Of a stretch of DNA of 64,000 nucleotides, positions 39,601 through 51,976 are shown in pieces. The translations under genes were made by a program, and so were the position numbers. How positions within the stretch are numbered: position 1 is the first letter of the stretch; each line of letters starts with the position of its first letter. This DNA is from Geosiphon pyriformis uo1. Its lineage: Eukaryota > Fungi > Glomeromycota. The DNA lies in NCBI GenBank assembly GCA_016748015.1, contig JAAOMT010000299.1, forward strand, positions 905,090 to 969,089, written 5' to 3'. Under the pieces are notes generated by a model, which was not told where the DNA came from, ran no database searches, and saw only the letters and a program-made list of their open reading frames with translations.

Positions 39601-42600
39601 ACTAATGACAAAAATAGGAGATTGTGTTGTTATACTCTTTAAAACTGAGAAATTGTCCTTTTATAGAACATTAAAAGTGCTGTATACTGAAAAAATCCTG
39701 TCTAAGAGAATCTTAGAAAAGATTTTATGGGTGGTCTCAATCAAAACAATAGGTTGAGTATTTGTAAGAACACTTTTTTACTTATATGGCTTGAGAATTA
39801 TTAAGACCCAAGCTTTTTTCCAAGCACTAGACACTAATTTACAAGACAAACAAAAATTCAAAAACACCAAAAACATATCCAAGACTAATCTGTTGCAATG
39901 CTTTTAAAGCTTATTTAAGACTCCAGAAAGACCAGCAGCTTTGCCATCAAACAGATTAGAAATTACACTAAACAACTCATTAAAACTAACAGAACACATT
40001 ACATTCAAAAAAACATTATTGAAAACATACTCCAAAGGCTGATATTGATGAGACCAATTATCAGAAAAATCTGCCATCATCTTATACTTTCTAGTCCAGC
40101 CTTCCATAATCACATTTACTTTAGTCTTAACCAGCTTAGATTCCAAAATCATTTTATCTTCAATAATCAGATGATCCAAAACCACTTTCTGAAAGAGACA
40201 CTTCAGCACATTTCTAATTGTGTGACTCTTATTGAATGCAAAACTTTCCATTTGTTTATTAATAACTGACCTAATTCTTAATTTCTTAGCTCACAAAGAT
40301 TTAGCAAACTTGAAGACATGATATGATTTTCTTATACTGAAAAGAACTAAACATACATAACCAAAATCTGTACTAGAATCCAATAGAGCTTAAACAGATA
40401 AAGTCTTATCTATGTTTAAAGATGCTCAGTAACTTATTAACAATACAAAAACACCATCAACACTCTTATGTAAACACTTGACAATTCTTGATACCAAAAT
40501 TTCTAGTTTATAAAACTTAAAGAATTTCTTGGTAAAAACACTATCATAGTTCTTAAACCATTTCTTCTTGAAAACTTCATTCACTAAAAAACATATCATC
40601 TTATAAACAATATTTCACATAGCATCCAGATCTGAAAACCTCTTGAACACAACAAACTCATCAGAAAACATTGCTGTATTAGCAGTTATAGACTTTTTGA
40701 ACTTATACTACTCAGTCCCACCAGTATTTTTAATGTCAAATTTCCAACAATTCTTATTCATCTGTTTGCAAAGAAAGTTCAACTGTGTATTTAACAGACC
40801 ACTCAAATCCACAGATATAAAAACAGCTCAGTAATTAATGTCAAAATGCTCACTAATATCCAAAACATTACAGCTTACTACTGTATTGACTAAATATAAG
40901 AAAATAAATACATACTCTATTGTCTTTTTAGCACTCCTTGAATTTTTTCATGTAGAACTTTTCACAACTGAACTTTTTAACAGAAAATTTACCAACTCTA
41001 AATCCAGACATTTTTTGAAACTAGCATACTTGTGCAAATTATTCTCATTGAAATCTTTATCCAAGATAACAAAAGAAGATTCATTTACTGCTCTTGCAAT
41101 CAAGGAGTTAATTTCTTTAGCTTGAAACAAATACACAGTCAGCATGATACTAGCATAAAGCCCCAAAATCAAAACAAACAATTTATTTTTGAAAAGCAGC
41201 CTAATAAACAAAAGCTTACTAGCAACTTCCAAAATCTTGCACACATGTCTTGCCAAAGCAATATCTATAACAATCACAACACCAGAACCTAAGTACCCAG
41301 AATTCAAATCTAAAGTAAATACATAAACACCATTAAACTTGTCTACAATTCATAGATAGACTTTTTTTTAGCTTTATTTCAATAACTATTAAAATTAAAT
41401 TGTTCATATTTTTATGCCAGTGAATAACATCTGTTTGCTTAATAGGATTGTTTATACTCTTAACATTACATGTAGCCACCTTCCAAACCAGACTGGTTAT
41501 TAAAAAAGAGATTTAAAAAGTACATCATTAGCCAAAACTAAATTATCAAAATACACTGACAGACTTAGTACTAAAGCAGTTTTTTCAGTATGTTTTCCAA
41601 TTTTATTATATTAGAAGAGACTGATGGGCCCAAAATTGTAGTAATTTTATCACTAGTGGTCTCACCTGAGCTTTTTCTTATCACTATATTATCCATTTGA
41701 TTCTGTAATAGGGGGTTATTAACAGCTGACATCCAGAATTAGACTGGAAAATTACTGGCACAAATGACTCCAATCTTTTAGCCAACTTATCAATTTGTCT
41801 CATAAGACTGATAAAACTGCTCTTATTGTTAACTAAATGTAATTCCAACTCATTAGCAATAGGCAAAAGAGGTTTCATCTTTGAAAAAAAACCAAAATTA
41901 GCCAAACTATTTTACACAGGTAGAAGGGAGAAAGAAGATCTATTAACAATACTTGTCTATAAAGCACCACCAAAAATGACCAGTTGAGCAACAGGAGCCA
42001 AACATTTGGCATAAATGACAGCCAGTCTGCTTTTATCTGTTTCTGAAAAGACTCGTTGTGATAAAATACCAGAAAGAAATTTCCTACCAACTGTACAGTC
42101 CAAAGACATATGATTCAAATTCTCACACTTGACACACTTAGCAAAAATCAGATGAAACCAATGCAGATTGGCACTTCTAAGCACTAGTGTGATTTTTATG
42201 ACAGCATCCAATAATTCAGCAGAGTTGAAACAAACAGTGGCACATCTGGTTCGAATGTATGAAACCTAATAACAATCAATAATACATGTTTTCTCACTAA
42301 CAGAACCAATGAAATCCCATAAGTTATGAGCATTAGTTTCTATTAGCAGAGTATAGAGCAGTATCTTATAATAATCTCTTGTGTTCTATGTTTTCTTGTC
42401 CAAGTCAGCTCTAACAACTTGCACAGTATTTTTCTCAATTAAGATAGATCATTTGGCTGTGACCAAATCAGCATAATCTGAATGCTTAAACTTAATCACA
42501 GTCTTCTGCCAGAGTCTTACCAACTGTATTTTGATTAATGTAATCATCCCAAACTCAGACAGCACAGCACATACAGCTTTAGCTGATATTCCAACTAAAA

Positions 42601-42623
42601 TTTTTTTTACTATTACAGCCCAA
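36662..42623 (-). mobile_element. LINE copy 3, more decayed; ORF1 5' part cut off by E7
   Basis: Fragments 41957-42211 (ORF1 knuckle), 40948-41307 (APE), 39163-40251 (RT, AFVNN), 37999-38190 (RNase H start). A/AATA tail at about 36662-36686. ORF1 motif WAVIVKKILVG abuts the E7 LTR at 42623. Confidence 0.9.
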
Positions 42624-45600
42624 TGTTATTAAAGGTTTTTGGTTTCTTTTCTTGAATGTTGCTAATATCTGTCTGTTGTTAATTTCACATTTTCTGGAAG
42701 CAGTTGAACCTCCAATAACTGAATTTATCTTTAAATTATCTCTTATAATTTGAACTGCTGAGCTTATAAGTGAAATGGCCAATTCCATGTCAGTTGCTTT
42801 GTGTAGTTACATTGTAGTAAATGTCAATTCTTTTTCAGGAATAGCTTGTCTAGAAACTCACTAAAAATGTGTAGTTACTTTGCTATGAAAATTAACTCTT
42901 CTACAAGAATTTTGTCTGTAAGCTATCCTAATAATTATAATAAGAAAAGAAAAGAAAAATAAAAAAATGTAAAAAAAATAAAATTGTGTCAAAAAAAACG
43001 TTTTTCTATCCAGGCCTGGAGTCACTAACAGATTACTGAAATTGGTAGCTAATTAATTTCAAAATGTTAGTTGTGTTGAGGGAATTTCAAGTGTAATAAT
43101 CAAAGAATTTGGCTTTTGAATATTTAATTTTTATTTGAGATGTGTAAAAAGTGATTTGTTCTAATTAAAATATTTAAAGTAAGATACTATGGTAAGATAC
43201 TATAAGAAGATACATTTTCTTGAAGAAAGAAGTTCTTTTTTTATACAACTTGTTGTAGTATTAGTCTTTGAACTTGCACTTTTCTCTTTGCTTTAATTTT
43301 GGTAAACTAAAGATACATTTGGTGAACTACAAGTTATTTCTACAAACTATTAATTATTTTGGCCAATTTTTATTAATTTCGGCGAATTTTGACTATATTA
43401 AATGGTTCAGGATATTGTGTAATTTAATCATCTTAATTTTTATGATACAAATTGGGTTATTAATTAAGTGATGATATTTGATTAAATAATAAGTGATAAT
43501 CGAAATGATAATAGTATATGCTAATTAATAATAGGAATTATGAGGATAATTTTATGCTAATTAATAGCTAAAATTTTACTGATAACATAATCTCCTTCTC
43601 AAGACTGAGCTCTGTTAAAGTCTAAGTACTATCTATGATATCAAAATAGTGGTCCAAAATAATTAAAGTGATTTGGTTTGAAAATTGTTGAAATTTTAGT
43701 TCTGTAAGCTTTTCAATGTATTGAATCTTTATTGAATGAAGTATTGGGTTTTGTAAAACGTTTTTACAAGTGTTGAATAAATTATAGATCTAAATGCTGC
43801 TCTAAGTTTGTAGTGAGTGTTTGTTGATCCAGCTGCTGTCTTGAATTTATTGTGAATTTGTTTTTGTATAGCTTTAAGAGTAATGTTTGTTGCTTCAAGT
43901 TCCAGTTTCCATTCATAAAGTGTTTTTCCAATATGAAAATATCTATAAATAAGGGTACATTTATTGTTCTGTTTATTAAAAAATAATAGAAGTTTTTGTT
44001 GAATTGTGGCATTTGGTGAAATGTTAATAAGAGCAAATAAAAAATTTTCTTTTAATGTTTGTTTCAAAAGTTCTGGTAATTAACTTTCAAAGTTACTTCT
44101 TGTTTTTCTTCTATAAGGGTAATAATTTTGAGAATTATTTTCTACTGGTATTATAGTTTCTTTTTGAGTATAATTAATTTGACTTTTATTAATTATTATG
44201 GATAGATCAGGAAGTGTTTTTAAGACTAACATTAATTTTTGGTATATTTGTTGAATATTTCGAGAAATAATCATGATAAAAATAACTAACTAATAAACAA
44301 AATTTGAAAAAGAATAAAGAAAATTATTTTTGGGTATAAGATTTTATTTGTTTTTTTTTGGTTTTGAGTGTTTTTTATAATTATTTATTATTTTTGTTTT
44401 ATGTTTTGTGTATTTTAAAGAGGTTATTGTAAAATTTTAAATTAAGTGTTCAAGTTTGGTTGTTGTTTTATTATAACTATTGGTTCTAAATTTCGGGAAA
44501 TATCTTTAGAATTAATTAAAGAAGAATGTGTACCAATTTGTGGAATTAATGATTCAGGATTGTTTCTGGAATAATAGTGTTTCAATTAATCTTCATGTGT
44601 AACTTTTGCTAGTACTTTGTTATTAAGTCTTAACTTACATGATCTATTGCCTAAAATTTCATGAATATAAAATGGTCTATCTCATTTATGTTCAAATTTT
44701 TCACTCTATTGTTTTTCAGTCTTAGTTCTGTGTAAGAAAACTTTATTTCCAACTTTAAATTTGTTGGTAACTGGTGGCAATTTGTTATCATGCCTTTTTT
44801 TTTGTTGAGCTTGAAAGTGTTTAATATGAGTGGCTGTTATTTGTCTTTTTTTTTCCAGTGTACTAAAAAGAGTATATGCTCTTCTCTAAAGTGTTTCTTG
44901 AAAGTTTTCTTTATTGATTGGTTATACTGGGTATGTTTTTACTGTGAAATTAATTGGTAATCTTGCTGTTCTTTCATAAGTAAAGTCAAATGGTATGTGT
45001 TTTATAGTATCTTGTTTTAGTGTTCTGTAGACTAATAATATTGATAGAATAAATATATCTTATTTCTGCTCAAAATCTGTTAAGACTTTAGTTAAAGATT
45101 CACACAATGTTCTATTGAAACATTCTACAAGTCTATTTGTTTAGAAGTGATAAGATGATTATAGAGGTCTTTTGACATTGAATTGTACACAAATTTTTTG
45201 TATTAAGTTGTTCACAAAATGTGTTCTTTGATTAGATAAAAGTTCAATTAAGCATTTATATCTACAAATAATGTCTTCATAGATGAAATTTGCTACTGAT
45301 TTTGCATTTGCTCTTTGAATAGCTCTAACTTTAGGCCATTTGGTAAAATAATCTACTGCAACTGCAATATAACAATTTCTTTGGGTTGTAATAAATAATG
45401 GTCCAACTAAATTAATTCCAACTTTGTCAAAAAGTTGTTTAACTTTGATTGGATTTAAAGGTTTTGTGGGATGAGTTTTTTCTCTTCTTTAACAACTATC
45501 ACAAGATTTTATATATTGTTGAATGTTTTTTTGCATGTGAGGCCAAAAATAATATTTAAAGATTCTTTGAATTATTTCATCTCTTCCCAAATATGCTGAA

Positions 45601-46071
45601 AAAAAATCTGTATACATGTTGTATAGAATTGTTTTTTTTTCATTTTTTTGTACTAATTTGAGTGGTTGGTTTGAATTTCTGTGATTTTTATAATAAATTT
45701 TGTTATAATGTATGAAATATTGTTTTGATTGGTGTTGTAATCGATTTTTTTTATTTGGAAACCAATTTTCTGGCATAATAAGAGTTTTCAAATAGTTTTT
45801 GATATTGTTGTAATTTCTGGAATCTATTGTTGTTTGGTTATTTTTGTTGCTAGGTTGATAAATTGTAGTGAAATTGCTGTTGATATTAATCTTGTTTTAT
45901 TCTTGAAAGACTATCAACATTGGTATGTAGTTTTCTTGATTTGTAATGTACAATATACTTGTAGTCTGCTAAAAAATTATTCCATTGAGACTGTTTAGCA
46001 TTTTGTTCAGTTTTTTTTTTATTAAGTTATTTGAGACCAATATTGTCAATTATGATATCAAATTCATTTGG
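42624..46071 (-). mobile_element. Ty3/Gypsy E7 (subfamily of E6), 3' part: end of RNase H, integrase, ORF3, PPT, 3' LTR 42624-43587
   Basis: LTR TGTTAT...ATAACA homologous to the E6 LTRs. PPT GAGAAGGAG. Integrase fragment 45489-45791 (...CDSC). ORF3 fragments at 43729-44274. Confidence 0.9.
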
Positions 46072-49000
46072 TATCTCAATTATGTATATATAGTAATAGA
46101 AGTAGAAAAGACAAATTTCTGAATTTAGATTTAATCTAAGCAATCTTCCAATTCACAAATAGTAATAAATAATTATTTGCTATCTTAATCCACTCTTCAC
46201 TATCAACACTTTATGTTGATAGTATTAAATACTTAACCATGCTGGAACAATAGCTCTTAATTATGGCTATTGACAGAATACTAACTTTAATTGCCTTGGC
46301 TTATTTTGCTTTATTGTCTTTATTTTTTTTATTTTTTTTATTTTTTTTATTTTATTGTTGTTTTACTAATTGATTAAGGATTAAAAATGCTGAATTACAG
46401 ATGCCATAAGGACTGGTAAAAGATCCATAATACAAGAGTAGAAAACTCATAGATTTGAGAATAGCTTACCAGAAGAATTACCAACCACTATACTAAGAAA
46501 AAAATTCGATAAAATTGCAATTTCAAGAGGCTACTGAAAACAACTATTGAATCTCTGTTCATTATATAAAAGACTCAACCAAAACCTTCAAATACAAACA
46601 ACCTACAGATATTACTAACATCATTAAGTAAATTAGCACCAAATTACGGGTTTGTTATTTGATTTAAGACCTCAAATAATTATCTGTAATATTTGGTGCT
46701 CCCTATGAGATATAATTTAACAAAGAACCAGTACCAACAGCACCTATCTGAAACAATGGCAGAATTTGAAGAAACAGGGACAAACCATTTGAAATTTGCA
46801 AAATTCTTATTTCAACATTATCACACTCATCTTAGATTAACAAACAATAGTTGGCCAACAGAATCAGCTTTCAATTACTATGTCAACAAAAAAATAGTAT
46901 ATTATTTGGAAAACCAAGGAGATCTAAAATCTGTCTTCAACAATTTCTTCAGTGAACTACTTCAAAGCACCATACTACTACAGAATTATTTATTTGCATC
47001 ACTAATCATAGAAATAAATAGAGAAATAGAAAAATACACCAAACAAAAATTCCCCATTATCTTTACTGACAAAGGAAAAGAAAAATTGCAAACACCAGCA
47101 GGAACCCCAAAGCAAATACAATTACTCACTTGGAAAAAACAGAAAGTCAATTCACCTGCTAATCTATCATACTATCACATGCTCAGAAGCACCATCAATA
47201 TAATATCAACAGGTGTGTTCACCACAAACACAACAACACTACTAAACAGAATTCTGTTTCAAAATAAACAGAAGAAAGCAGAGTTATTGGAAACATATAG
47301 CAATTACTTTGAGAGATTTAAGTCACAATTCTCAATGTCATTAGAAACTTGATTACCACTATCACAACCAAATTTCGGAACCATTAGTCCTTGGGAAATT
47401 ACCAATTTTGAGGAAAAGAAAAATAGTAATCAAGAAAATAATAAGAGAAATCTGATTTTAGAAAATCTGAAAGTTGAAACCCCAAACATTCAAACTCAGC
47501 AAAACCCAATTTTAGAAAATCTGGAAATTGAAACCCTGATTATTCCAACTCAGAAAAATCAGAACAATCTATATACTACCTCTATTGTTGCCCAAAACTT
47601 ATTTTCAGTAATCATAATTAATCTATTACCAGTCTTACCAATTGCTGAACAGCAATAGCACAACTACAACCATCATCTTAGCAGCAACTACAACAGCAAT
47701 CTCAATCTCAACTTCAACCTTAACTTCAATCTTAACTGCAACAACAACTACTATTAGTACCAATGGCATATGTACTTATTGCCAAAATTGAGAAATTTAC
47801 TGGCAAGAAGGATGATGCCCAAGTATGGCTTAATGACATGAAAAAAGCCATTACAGCCAATTGATGGAACAATAATAGAGTCCTTTAAGTAATCCTCTAT
47901 TTTCTCCAAAATACTACCAATTCATAGTATTAGAGTTTAGCTGCCAAATTACAAACTTTCCAAAAATTCAAACTGGAATTCATGAAATATTTCAGTAACA
48001 ATAATAGTATTAACTGCTTGGCAAATATCTTTACCACTATCAAGCAAGAAGAAAGTGAAGCAGTTACTATATACCTAAGATGCTTCTACAGGAATCTGTA
48101 CCAAATTCAAGCCATCAATACAAACTATTTTACAGTGGCACAGATCCTAAATCAGTTTATCCATGGACTATACAGTAGTATTCTCCAATATGTACATCCA
48201 TTATATTTAGCTGACTTTCAAGCTGCCATTACTCATGCCAGAGACTTTGAATCAGCCAAATTTAAAGCCAACTATACCCAAGCTGTCAATCTAGTAATAA
48301 ATAGATCATCTGAATTGGATTCTAAGTTAAAACAATTCAGTAATTCTATTAATCAAAAATTAGAGGGATACTTAGCTAACAATCAAGCAATTTATTAACC
48401 TCCACAGTGATACAATAATCAAGAAAACACAAATTGTTTCCAAAATCAGTTGTGTTCATCATTATTGACCAATTAACAGTGGCAGCAAAAGATGTATGTT
48501 TGCCACTATTGTGGTAAACAAGGACATTTAAAAATTGACTACAGATTAAGAATAGATAATTAATGATCAAGAAATCAATATTGAAATCCTAATCACTGGT
48601 TTCAAATTCTGAATTATTAATCAAATTCAGAACCATATCAATCGAATTACTTATCCATGATGCAACAGCCAATTTATCAACCACTAATTTATCAGTCTTT
48701 AGCACCTGTAGTTTATTAATTGCAGTCACAATCTATCTATTAATTGCAGTTCTAAGTAATTTATCAGCCCCAGCAAATTCAAACACCACCATCCAACTCA
48801 GTTCAATTAATCACTGGAACCCAAAAGCTAAAAGTCACCCATATCCAACAAAACTGGAAATCAGTAATGATTATGCATTAACTAATTTCTAGTTCCTCAA
48901 CCCAATTCTTAGAATCACAACAGTAGAGTTTGGAAACAGAATATATTCAAAATCTGAATTCTCAAAACGATTTAAGTCTCCTGGTTATCCCAGAAGACAC

Positions 49001-50963
49001 CACATTCAACAGCTTGGAAGCCAACCAAAAGCAGCTACTTACCAACAACATACTGCCAGCAACCATTACTAAAGACAAATCATTTACCATTATCTTTTTT
49101 TTTGAATTCAAGAAACCAGTTAAAATGCCACTATTTAGTAGAGCTGCTCTAAAATCAAAACTCATCACTGCAATATATACAGATACTAAAGTTGATGGTC
49201 AGCCCATTAAACTGATCTTAAACAGTGAATTAGCTGGCAGTATTATTACCTAACAACTTATGGATCAATTAGGTTGCCGAATTGATTGTGCTGCCAGTGT
49301 ACAAATAATCACTACCTATGGAGCAATAAAGACTTTAATAGGCAAAATTGACAATTTTTTCTTTGAAATCAATAGCATTATTACATCAATCAAAGTTCTC
49401 ATCATGGAAGTTATTCAATACTAAACACTAGTTAGTAATGACTGGCTATCCAAGACCAACACTATACTTGATTAGAACACTCAGAAACTACAACTCAGCC
49501 AACACAGCTAACACACTTGAGTACCAACAATTTGTGGATATTTTAAGACTACTACCAACAAAAAACCACTAATCAAGTTAGAAGAAAAAGAGAAGAAACC
49601 TATCTGGGAAGCCTACCAAGTCTTGTGGGCTGATCATGATTACAATAAGCTACCACCAATTCTAATTTGGGAAGAAAAAAGAAAAGAAAAGGAAAGAGAA
49701 AAAGAGTTAACAATAGCCATGACATTCACTTATACACTGCACATCACCACTTGTCAAACCAATTATTATTGACTCAAGCTTATATGTGTTGATTGTAACA
49801 AGAAATTGTCTACAATGAACATATGCTGTAATGACAATAAGAAATGGCAAATTACAACAAAATTCTATTGCCACTCATGTGTTTTTGAACACTTTGGATG
49901 ACCAAAAAGGCAAGGAAAATGGGACAACAAATCTTGTCTCACATGTGAAACTACTTTACCAAATGAAAAAATATGGAATGACATTCTTGAACAAGAAAGA
50001 ACATATGACAAAACATGCCAATACATAATTCTTATAAACAACTGGATAAGAAAAGAGACTTCAATTAACAATACTTAAAAACAAGCACTCAGATGTCTAG
50101 AAGGTTATCCATATGATGAGCATAAGATCTGGAGAATGGCAAGTGCCAAAGTTGAAGGTACTACTCCCAGTGAACTGCTAAAAATTAAAAACAATCCACT
50201 TTCTCTTCCAAAACCCAAATATATCTTTACTTTTGACATCTTTGACAATGTTAAAAACAATTCAGAGCATTTCTACCAACATTACCAAAACCTAACACTC
50301 ACCCAAAAAGAACAGAAGCAGTGTCTAAAACAGATAAACACTCAACTTTGTCAACACTGCTTAATTCTCTGTGACTTTCAATATTGTAATAAGTATGACT
50401 TTATTTATAATCTACTATCATGCATAATTTACATGATCCCAGAAGAGAAAAAACCAATTAGCAGCTGTGTATCAGAATCAGAATCGACATTTGATCCCAA
50501 TTTAAACTCTGACAATGACAACAATAATAATAATAACAGTTCTAGCTTCATTCAAAATGGCAACCAAAATAACAATAATTCAAACTTAAATTCAAATTTT
50601 AAACAATACATTGTGCTCCCTAATCTTACCAAAAAGCAGAAACTGAAATGGTTCAGTAATAATAATGAAGGTATTATGCCAGAACATGTACATGATACCA
50701 ATGCCAGGTTTGATTTGAGATATCCAGGGAAGGATGCCATCAAATTAGAACCATATTCATGCATATGCATTAATCTCATAATAGCACTGGAAATCTCAGC
50801 AACAACAATAATTCAACTAGCATTGAGAAGTAGTCTAGAAAAAAAAGAGATTAATATAAAAAGAGGAATAATTGACACAGAATATGTAAGAAATATTATT
50901 GTAATGTTACAAAATAATTCAGAAAAAGCCTACATTATAAAGCCAAATGAAAAGATAGCACAG

Positions 50964-51932
50964 TATTACCAGACAAAATTAGAGATATTATTTAGCATGA
51001 AATTATTATTATAATTCCCATCATTAATTAACATATATTATCATTTCAAATTATCACTTATTACATTAGCAAAATGTCTAAAATTATCATTTAATTAATA
51101 ACCCAATTTGTATATGACACAAATGTAACCTAATTGCAATGATCAATCATGCAATACCCCGAACTATATAACATTCAAAAAGTTTGCCAAAATAATTGAT
51201 AGTTCACTGAAATATCTAATAGTTCGTAGAAATAACTTGTAGTTTGCTGAAATGTATCTTTAGTTCAGCGAAATTGTAGAAAATAGCAAAGTTTGAGTTC
51301 ATAGAATAGTATTACAACAAGTTGTATAAAAGAAGAGTGTCTCTCTTTGAGAAAATGTATCTTACTTCAGATTAAAAAACAATTAGAATAATCCTTTACA
51401 CCCAAAAAACAAATAAATATCAAATAATTTGAAAAGCCAAATTCTTAAATTATTTTTCTTGAAATTAACCAATTCCTACTAACAGTTTGAAATTGACTAG
51501 CTACCAATTTTGGTAAACTGTTAAAGCACTTCCAGGCCTGGATCCAAAATGACTTCTATAAATCATCAGTTTTACTTTTTCTTTTATATTTCTTTTATTC
51601 TCTTTCTTTTCTTATTATAAATCATTTGGGTAGCCTACAGATGAGAATTCCTGTAGAAAAGTTGACTTTCACAGCAAAGTAACTATACATTTTTAGTGAG
51701 CTTCCAGACGAGCAATTCCTGGGAAAGAGTTGACATTTACTACAACATAACTATACAAAGTAACTGGCATGGAATTGGCCATTCTACTTATAAGCCCAGC
51801 AGTTCAAATTATAGGAGATAATTTGAAGATAAATTCAGTTACTGGAGGTTCAACCACATCCAGAAAACAAGAATTCACAGCAAACAGACATCAACAACAT
51901 TTAAGAAAAGAGACCAAAAACCTCTGGTAACA
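50964..51932 (+). repeat. 5' LTR of E6
   Basis: TA(from TG)TTAC...GTAACA. About 95% identical to 59856-60824 with no gaps. Confidence 0.95.
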
Positions 51933-51934
51933 TT

Positions 51935-51950
51935 TGGTGCTCTCCTATAG
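51935..51950 (+). promoter_or_regulatory. Primer-binding site (tRNA-type), 2 nt after the LTR
   Basis: TGGTGCTCTCCTATAG. The TGG start is complementary to a tRNA CCA end. Related PBS in E2, E3, E4 and E5. Confidence 0.85.
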
Positions 51951-51976
51951 AAACAACACAGCAAAACAACTTCAAA

